Source: Armatimonadota bacterium
GTDB lineage: Bacteria > Armatimonadota > HRBIN16
DNA: 64,000 nucleotides
Direction: 5' to 3'
NCBI GenBank assembly: GCA_963677485.1
Contig: OY781964.1
Coordinates: 4,032,001 to 4,096,000 of the forward strand
Shown: positions 57,709 through 64,000 of the stretch, piece by piece
Position numbering within the stretch: position 1 is the stretch's first letter
How the letters are laid out: each line of letters starts with the position of its first letter
Position numbers and translations under genes: made by a program
The notes under the pieces: generated by a model
Database searches by the model: none
What the model was told of the DNA's origin: nothing
The model's input: only the letters and a program-made list of their open reading frames with translations

Positions 57709-58371
57709 ATGGCGATGAACCTTGAGCAAGTCTGGGCAGAGACAGTTGACCGAGTCAAAGATAAAATCGTCAATATCACTTTCTGGGGTGCGCTGGAAGC
57801 GGCGAAACCCATCATACTTGATGGCGACTTTTTTGTTGTAGGTATGCCGCCTTCTGATGCCCACCTGGGTGGACATCTACGGAACAGCACATACCGCAGT
57901 GAACTTGAGCGGACGATTGAAGAGATCTCTGGTGTGCATGTGCTTCTGCGCATCATTGATGGCATCACCCGTGAGGACTGGCAGCGTGTCAAGGTCCGTG
58001 AAGCCACGCAGGACCGCCAGAAGCAGCAAGTCGAAGCGGTCCGCAAGCGTGAAAAAGCGAGTGACGAACTCTGGAGCGAACTGTTTGAACGCACTCAGCG
58101 TATGTATGCATCTCAGCCGCTGCGTTCGCTGCCCCAAGGCCGTGCGATCTATCTGCAAAAAGTTCTCGAACTGACGGTGGAGACCATGGACCGCATCATA
58201 CCGCCAGACGAACCGGTAGATGAAATCAACGCCCGCAACTTGGCCCGCGTGATCGAACGCATCGCCACCAACACGGATACACCCTCGACGCTGATCGCTC
58301 ATGAATTCCTGAAGGTGCGTGACCGGGTTCACCCTGGCATGCCGATGGAGCATGAGCAGAGGCTGACGTAG
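57709..58371 (+). CDS. Hypothetical protein with DnaA-domain-I/DciA-like N-terminus and helical C-terminus
   Basis: 220 aa; GGAG RBS, TATAAT at 57666-57671; N-terminal pattern VWAETVDRV..FWGALE..LDGDFFVVGMP..LERTIEEISG. Confidence 0.6.
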   Translation: MAMNLEQVWAETVDRVKDKIVNITFWGALEAAKPIILDGDFFVVGMPPSDAHLGGHLRNSTYRSELERTIEEISGVHVLLRIIDGITREDWQRVKVREATQDRQKQQVEAVRKREKASDELWSELFERTQRMYASQPLRSLPQGRAIYLQKVLELTVETMDRIIPPDEPVDEINARNLARVIERIATNTDTPSTLIAHEFLKVRDRVHPGMPMEHEQRLT

Positions 58372-58373
58372 TC

Positions 58374-59276
58374 ATGCCGTATGATATCTGCTTGTATGGA
58401 ACGATATGCCTCGACCGTATCTCTACGGTGGAGGCATTGCCGCCTTTAGGCGGGTATGTTGACATCGATTCTCAGATGGTAGCGGCAGGTGGGGAAGCAC
58501 TGAACACAGCGGTGGCACTTGCCACTTGGGGTGTGAAGGTGGTCATCGTGGGTAACGCGATCGGCCAGGATACCGCTGGCGATCTGTTGATGCATAAGTT
58601 CTCCGAATACCCCAGCATCGAGACCCGCTTTCTACGCCGTATAGCATCCCTTCCCACGCCTACCTGCGAAGTTTACGTGACTCCAGATGGCGAACGCACG
58701 ATGTTTGGCACCGGCTTCAAAGAGATGAGCACCGAATGGCTGCCGCATGATGCCATCGCGGGCTGTAAGGCGTTCAGTTGCGACATGAACCCAGGCGAAG
58801 CGTCAACCCAGGCCTGTATCGACGCCCATGAATATGGTGTTCCTGTGGTGAACATGGACATGCACACCTCTGAAGCTGCCTGCAACGCATCCAGCATCAT
58901 CTTGACCAGCTATGAACAGGTCGGCCGTATCGACGATATACCGCACCTCATGAAAAAGGCTCAAGAGTATTTCGCCAGCTATGGCTGCAGTGTGGTGCTG
59001 ACCGCCGGTGATAAGGGATGTGTGGTGCTGGATCGGTTGGCCGGTGAGGCCGTGCATCTGCCCGCCTATATTCCGCCAGTGGTTGTCGATGGCACTGGTT
59101 CCGGTGACACCTTCCGCGCCGGGCTGCTTTACCGCTGGGCTGTGTGCGGCGACACGCTGTTAGAGGCTTGCCGGTTTGGCAGTGCCGTGGCGGCGCTCAA
59201 CATCGGAGCTATGGGTGCCTGCGCCGGCGTGCAGCCTGAGGCTGCGATTTGGGAGTTTATGAAGAGCCAAGGGTAG
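58374..59276 (+). CDS. PfkB family carbohydrate kinase
   Basis: GGEALNTAVALA, DGERTM, LTAGDKG, VVDGTGSGDTF. Confidence 0.9.
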   Translation: MPYDICLYGTICLDRISTVEALPPLGGYVDIDSQMVAAGGEALNTAVALATWGVKVVIVGNAIGQDTAGDLLMHKFSEYPSIETRFLRRIASLPTPTCEVYVTPDGERTMFGTGFKEMSTEWLPHDAIAGCKAFSCDMNPGEASTQACIDAHEYGVPVVNMDMHTSEAACNASSIILTSYEQVGRIDDIPHLMKKAQEYFASYGCSVVLTAGDKGCVVLDRLAGEAVHLPAYIPPVVVDGTGSGDTFRAGLLYRWAVCGDTLLEACRFGSAVAALNIGAMGACAGVQPEAAIWEFMKSQG

Positions 59277-59355
59277 GACCCTAGAACGTTGCCCGCACCG
59301 CACACGAGCGATATGAAATGTGCTATCTTTTTACTGGAGGTACTCAGTAACGGTC

Positions 59356-59682
59356 ATGGCACCCAAAATTACTACAGAAGAAGCCATACAGGTCATGGTG
59401 GACAGGATCGCAGCTCGGTTCAAACCCGAACGCATCATTTTGTTCGGATCTCAAGCACGTGGAGACACACACCGGGATAGCGATATTGACCTACTTGTGG
59501 TTCTATCTACATGTGACAATCGTAGAGCGGTCACAGTATCGATCATGAAAGAACTCGCTGACATCCCATTCAGCAAAGACATCATTGTCACGACGCCGCA
59601 AGAAATTGAAACCCGTGGAAAGCTAGTGAGTACAATATGGTCTCCAGCATTGCTAGAGGGTAAGGTTCTGTATGCCAGATGA
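59356..59682 (+). CDS. Minimal nucleotidyltransferase (MNT), putative antitoxin
   Basis: IILFGSQARG..DSDIDLLVV; ends EGKVLY; GGAGG RBS. Confidence 0.9.
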   Translation: MAPKITTEEAIQVMVDRIAARFKPERIILFGSQARGDTHRDSDIDLLVVLSTCDNRRAVTVSIMKELADIPFSKDIIVTTPQEIETRGKLVSTIWSPALLEGKVLYAR

Positions 59683-60073
59683 AGCGAATGGCCATGATAT
59701 CGCCCGCTGGATGCAATTTGCCAGAGAAGACATGGACGCAGCCATTGCTATGCTATCTGGAACGCTTAGGCATAGCTGCATGTTTGCCCAGCAAAGTGCT
59801 GAAAAAGCCATAAAAGCCTTATATATTGTCTACGGTCAACGAATACCAAAAAGCCATGACCTTGACATGTTGATCAGCAACCTTCCCGATGAATGTACCA
59901 TTAAGAAACAATTTACCGATCTGTCGGATCTTTCTTTTTGGGCTGTTGAATCAAGATACCCAGGTGATTTACCAGACGCCATGTATGAAGATGCCGATCG
60001 TATGGTGTCAATTGCTAAGGACGTAGTGTCATGTGTAGAGCAGATATTACTAGACAAAGGTTATATCAATTAG
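59672..60073 (+). CDS. HEPN domain protein
   Basis: W..FAREDM, AQQSAEKAIKA, PKSHDL, ESRYPG; overlaps the MNT gene. Confidence 0.9.
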   Translation: MPDEANGHDIARWMQFAREDMDAAIAMLSGTLRHSCMFAQQSAEKAIKALYIVYGQRIPKSHDLDMLISNLPDECTIKKQFTDLSDLSFWAVESRYPGDLPDAMYEDADRMVSIAKDVVSCVEQILLDKGYIN

Positions 60074-60100
60074 TATATATATCGATTAACTTAAAATACC

Positions 60101-61003
60101 TCAATCCTCCTGCCCAACCTTATTCTTCGGCAGAAACTTCGCACGGTAATTGACTGGGCTGACGCCAACCTTTTGCTTGAACAGCCGTGAAAAGTAGTAG
60201 ATGGAATCAAACCCCAGCTCTCTGGTGATCTGGCCCACGGAGTAGTGCGTGTACTGCAACAGCCGACACGCCTCATCTATGCGCAACTGCATATGGTAAT
60301 GTCCAGGCGAAAAGCCGGTGATGCGCTTAAACTCTCGACGAAAGTTATTGTAGTTCACACCTGAGTTGTGGCAAAATTCTGCAAAGTCAAATAGTTGGGT
60401 ATAGTTCGTCAGCAACTGTGACTTCGCCTGTTCGATGCAGTTGTTCAATGGTGAATAAGCCAGACTTTTCCGCTGTGACAGTGCTGCCGCATGGGCGATG
60501 ATTAATATCGCCTGGGCCGCCACTACCTGTGTATAACCCACCGCCTCGGTCTGCATCTCCTCTACAAGCTGCACGTAGTCGTTCACGATTCGCTCATGCA
60601 CCCCAACTTCCATGACTGGCTTCGAGCGCGTGAGCTGACGGTCCTGAAGCAGGCTGTAAACATCGCTCCCGCGTAACGCCACCCAATACTCGTGCCAGCC
60701 GGTGACCGGGTCGGGTTGATAGCGGTGCCATTCGCCTGGGAACAAAGCAAAAAGCGTACCCTCCGTGATATGTTGCTTGCCAGCGGATGTGGATTCGAAG
60801 CTTCCACGCCCTTTGCCGATATACACAAGTTGAAACTCATGCAGGATTCTACCCGTCTTCGCGTCGAAATGGTAACTGGTAGGGTGGAATGACGGTGGAT
60901 ACACGGTGTTTGCATCCACGTGGGTGTAACCTCCTGCGATGACATACAGGCCGTTGTTTTGGGTTTCGACTGATATGGGAAGGTAGCGGCATGCATATTT
61001 CAT
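60101..61003 (-). CDS. AraC family transcriptional regulator
   Basis: GRILHEFQLVYI..LFPGEWHRY cupin domain; FKRITGFSP..LGFDSIYYFSRLFKQKVGVSP..YR. Confidence 0.94.
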   Translation of the reverse strand: MKYACRYLPISVETQNNGLYVIAGGYTHVDANTVYPPSFHPTSYHFDAKTGRILHEFQLVYIGKGRGSFESTSAGKQHITEGTLFALFPGEWHRYQPDPVTGWHEYWVALRGSDVYSLLQDRQLTRSKPVMEVGVHERIVNDYVQLVEEMQTEAVGYTQVVAAQAILIIAHAAALSQRKSLAYSPLNNCIEQAKSQLLTNYTQLFDFAEFCHNSGVNYNNFRREFKRITGFSPGHYHMQLRIDEACRLLQYTHYSVGQITRELGFDSIYYFSRLFKQKVGVSPVNYRAKFLPKNKVGQED

Positions 61004-61120
61004 TTATCGGAGCTCCTGGTCAAAATCTGCAAATATCACACCATTAATGCTATTGAATTCCCATATATGGCTATCCATAATATAAACACGTTCTAGACAA
61101 ATAGACAAATTCTGGAGATA

Positions 61121-62188
61121 ATGATGCATTCAAATCCTGCGTTAGGTGTTTTACTACATGCCATCGGCGGGCTGGCTGCTGCCAGCTTTTATATCCCTTA
61201 TAAACGTGTCCAAAAGTGGAGCTGGGAGCTTTACTGGATTCTGGGCGGTATCTTTAGCTGGGTCGTGATGCCATGGATCATCGCCGCCTCGGTGTGCCCC
61301 TATACGATGAATATCTTGTCATCCGCCCCTAAGAGCAGCCTCATCTGGAGCTACGTATTTGGCTGCCTATGGGGAATCGGCGGTATGACCTTCGGACTGT
61401 CGATGCGTTACCTGGGTGTGTCACTGGGGTATGCCATGGCACTGGGTTTTTGCGCGTTGTTTGGCACCATCGTGCCGCCCATATTCAAAGGCGAGTTCAT
61501 GGAGCTGATCGCTAAACCATCAGGATTAGTGCTGATGCTGGGTATGGTGGTGTGTCTGTTGGGTGTGGGCATCAGCGGACTTGCTGGCATGATGAAAGAG
61601 CGTGAGGTATCTGACACCGAGAAGAAGAGCACCATCAAGGAGTTCAGCTTCGTGAAGGGTGTCTGGGTGGCGATTTTCGCCGGTGTGATGAGTGCCTGTA
61701 TGGCCTTCGCCATTCAAGCAGGCAAGCCGATGGCAGAACAAGCCAAAATGTATGGCACTCCCGAACTGTGGGTGAACTCGGTCTCCTACATCGTGATCTT
61801 CGCTGGTGGATTTACCGTCAACCTGATCGCCTGCGCGTATTTGCTTCTCAAGAACAAAAGCTGGCAGGAACTCTCGCCAAAGAACGCGGCTCCGAATGCG
61901 ATCAACCTGCTGTTTTCGGCACTGGCAGGTATCACTTGGTATTTGCAGTTCATGTTCTACGGCATGGGCACCACCCAGATGGGCCGTTATGACTTCTCAA
62001 GCTGGACCATCCACATGGCCTTCATCATCGTGTTCAGCACCTTGTGGGGAATACTCTACAAAGAGTGGAAAGGCTGCTCGAAGAAGACCTTCAACACCTT
62101 GTTGGCTGGCATCTACGTATTGGTGGGATCTACGGTGTTGGTCGGCGTTGGCAACTACATCGATAAGATCACGAAGGTGACAAAATGA
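61121..62188 (+). CDS. rhaT: L-rhamnose/proton symporter family transporter
   Basis: ASFYIPYKRVQKWSWE, LWGIGGMTFGLSMRYLGVSLG, TWYLQFMFYGMG, SWTIHM, KEWKG. Confidence 0.9.
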   Translation: MMHSNPALGVLLHAIGGLAAASFYIPYKRVQKWSWELYWILGGIFSWVVMPWIIAASVCPYTMNILSSAPKSSLIWSYVFGCLWGIGGMTFGLSMRYLGVSLGYAMALGFCALFGTIVPPIFKGEFMELIAKPSGLVLMLGMVVCLLGVGISGLAGMMKEREVSDTEKKSTIKEFSFVKGVWVAIFAGVMSACMAFAIQAGKPMAEQAKMYGTPELWVNSVSYIVIFAGGFTVNLIACAYLLLKNKSWQELSPKNAAPNAINLLFSALAGITWYLQFMFYGMGTTQMGRYDFSSWTIHMAFIIVFSTLWGILYKEWKGCSKKTFNTLLAGIYVLVGSTVLVGVGNYIDKITKVTK

Positions 62189-63633
62189 GCGATCATGTTA
62201 CAACAAGTGACACCCCTATGGTGAAGGTTGGCGTGTTTGCCATCGGGCTTGACACCTACTGGGCGCAGTTTGGTGAGCTCAAAGAGCATCTTCTTGGGTA
62301 TCACGCCGGGATATGCAAACGTATCGGCGGGTTCGGCGCTGAGGTTGTGGATGCGGGCCTTATTGATAACCCAGTCAAGGCACGCGGAGCTGCCGATCTG
62401 TTCAGCCGTGAGCAGGTCGAGGTCATCTTTCTGTATGTCAGCACCTATGCGCTCTCCTCCACCGTGTTGCCAGTGGTGCAAAAGGTGGGAGTTCCGGTGG
62501 TGGTGTTGAACCTTCAACCGGTGGCCAGGCTGGATTACGACAAATTCAACGCGCTTGGCGACCGTGGCTTGATGACGGGCATCTGGCTGGAGCATTGCCA
62601 GGCCTGCTCAGCACCTGAGATTGCCAGCGTGTTCAATCAGGCGCATATCCCGTATCATCTTGTGACAGGCACGCTGGATGACCCTGAGGCCTGGGTCGAG
62701 ATTGAGGATTGGGTGCAGGCCTCACACGTGAAAGCTGTGATGCAGCAAAACCGTGTGGGGGTTCTGGGTCACTATTACTGCGGCATGCTGGACGTCTACA
62801 CCGACCTCACCCAGCAAAGCATCGTGTTTGGCAACCACTTTGAGCTGCTGGAGATGTGCCAGTTGGCGGCTTTGCGGCATGGGGTCACTGACACCGCGCT
62901 GCAGGCTAAGCTGAAGCAGTTCCAGGAGTGGTTTGTAGTCGATCCGGCGTGTACGCCCTATGAGATGGAGCGCGCAGCCCGCACCTCCTGCGCACTGGAT
63001 GCGCTGGTGGCGAAACACAACCTGGGCTCGATGGCCTACTATTACGAGGGTGAGGCCGGTAACGAGTATGAAGACATCGTGACCAGCGTGATCCCTGGCA
63101 ACACATTGCTCACGGCTAACCATGTGCCCATCGCCGGGGAGTGCGAAGTGAAGAACGTGCAGGCCATGAAGATCATGGATGCGTTCGGTGCAGGTGGCTC
63201 TTTCTCAGAGCTTTACTTGATGGACCTGGAGGACGACATCGTGATGCTAGGTCACGATGGTCCGGCCCATGCGGCGATCGCTCAGGAGAAGGTGAGACTG
63301 GTGCCATTGCCGCTGTATCACGGCAAACCTGGTCAGGGACTTTCCATTCAGATGGAAGTGAAGCATGGGCCTGTTACACTGCTGAGCGTGGTTCAAGATG
63401 GCGATGGAAAACTGCTGCTGCTCATCGCAGAAGCGGAGTCGGTAGCCGGACCCACTCTGCAGATCGGCAACACAAACAGCCGTTACCGCTTCAGCATCGG
63501 TGCCAAAGGCTTCATCAACGCCTGGTGCGCGGCAGGGCCGGCTCACCACTTCGCAATTGGAGTAGGGCACATTGGCGGTAAACTCGTGAAACTGGCCAGC
63601 TTGCTGGGCATCCGGTCGTTGAAAGTTTGCTAG
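62185..63633 (+). CDS. L-arabinose/L-fucose isomerase family protein
   Basis: YYCGMLD, AGECE, GGSFSE, LGHDGPAH, GNTNSRYRF, GPAHHFAIGVGH; ATGA overlap with rhaT. Confidence 0.85.
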   Translation: MSDHVTTSDTPMVKVGVFAIGLDTYWAQFGELKEHLLGYHAGICKRIGGFGAEVVDAGLIDNPVKARGAADLFSREQVEVIFLYVSTYALSSTVLPVVQKVGVPVVVLNLQPVARLDYDKFNALGDRGLMTGIWLEHCQACSAPEIASVFNQAHIPYHLVTGTLDDPEAWVEIEDWVQASHVKAVMQQNRVGVLGHYYCGMLDVYTDLTQQSIVFGNHFELLEMCQLAALRHGVTDTALQAKLKQFQEWFVVDPACTPYEMERAARTSCALDALVAKHNLGSMAYYYEGEAGNEYEDIVTSVIPGNTLLTANHVPIAGECEVKNVQAMKIMDAFGAGGSFSELYLMDLEDDIVMLGHDGPAHAAIAQEKVRLVPLPLYHGKPGQGLSIQMEVKHGPVTLLSVVQDGDGKLLLLIAEAESVAGPTLQIGNTNSRYRFSIGAKGFINAWCAAGPAHHFAIGVGHIGGKLVKLASLLGIRSLKVC

Positions 63634-63665
63634 AACACATCACGTCATCGTATGGGAGGTCCGTT

Positions 63666-64000
63666 ATGAGACGTCTGATTCTCGCTATTCTCGTGCTGCT
63701 TTGCAGCTTGTCGGCAGGTGCTGACGTGATGCGGCAGCATTTTGTTAATCCACCCGCGTCTGCACGGCCATGGGTCTACTGGTTTTGGTTGAATGGGAAT
63801 ATCACCGAACAGGGCATCAAGGCCGACCTTCAAGCGATGGCCAAGGTGGGCATCGGCGGTGTATTGATCATGGAGGTCGACCAGGGTGCTCCCGTTGGCC
63901 CTGTTGATTTCATGGGTCCAAACTGGCAGATATTGTTCCGCGTGATGGTGAAAGAAGCCGCCCGGCTGGGCATCGAAGTGAATATGAACAACGATGCTGG
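63666..64000 (+). CDS. GH106 alpha-L-rhamnosidase-like protein, 5' part (runs off the window)
   Basis: Not in the ORF track; my translation is MRRLILAILVLLCSLSAGA..FVNPPASARPWVYWFWLNGNITEQGIKADLQAMAKVGIGGVLIMEV; GGGAGG RBS. Confidence 0.88.
   Translation, partial: MRRLILAILVLLCSLSAGADVMRQHFVNPPASARPWVYWFWLNGNITEQGIKADLQAMAKVGIGGVLIMEVDQGAPVGPVDFMGPNWQILFRVMVKEAARLGIEVNMNNDA

Noticed and set aside
61094-61109. TAGACAAA x2 before rhaT (and ATCACCAACC x2 near 43956-43978)
   Set aside because: Two-copy short repeats that could arise by chance; no second locus seen.

Overview
Bacterial chromosomal window of moderately high GC. The Armatimonadota-like assignment is inference only, from a dockerin-like C-terminal module, a short Cys-rich prepilin and the CAZyme load. 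About 49 CDS are present. Housekeeping islands (rfbD-ileS-lspA; galE-heptose kinase; ffh-rpsP-khpA-rimM-trmD) sit among many glycan-degrading genes: GH116, beta-helix proteins, GH50-like, GH127/146, GHL10, GHL15-like, GH129-like, GH38 and a partial GH106. There are also two UroD/MtaA-like proteins, an MNT-HEPN pair and a signal-peptide-bearing rubrerythrin next to a DUF2231 membrane protein. I found no rRNA, tRNA, CRISPR array, integrase or transposase. The main unexplained structure is intergenic: at least eight loci carry palindromic elements of several families. These are GTAG-type REP/REPIN doublets, two-hairpin modules with compensatory changes, and inverted arms made of 8-10-bp tandem repeats that share terminal signatures. 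They form shuffled mosaics and bracket apparently accessory genes. Other leads are a stand-alone DnaA-domain-I-like protein, a catalytically dead DUF3887 hydrolase with an in-frame palindromic duplication, a circularly permuted NPCBM domain and a GrpB-family gene with no canonical start codon. All family calls come from motif recognition by eye; no database searches were run.
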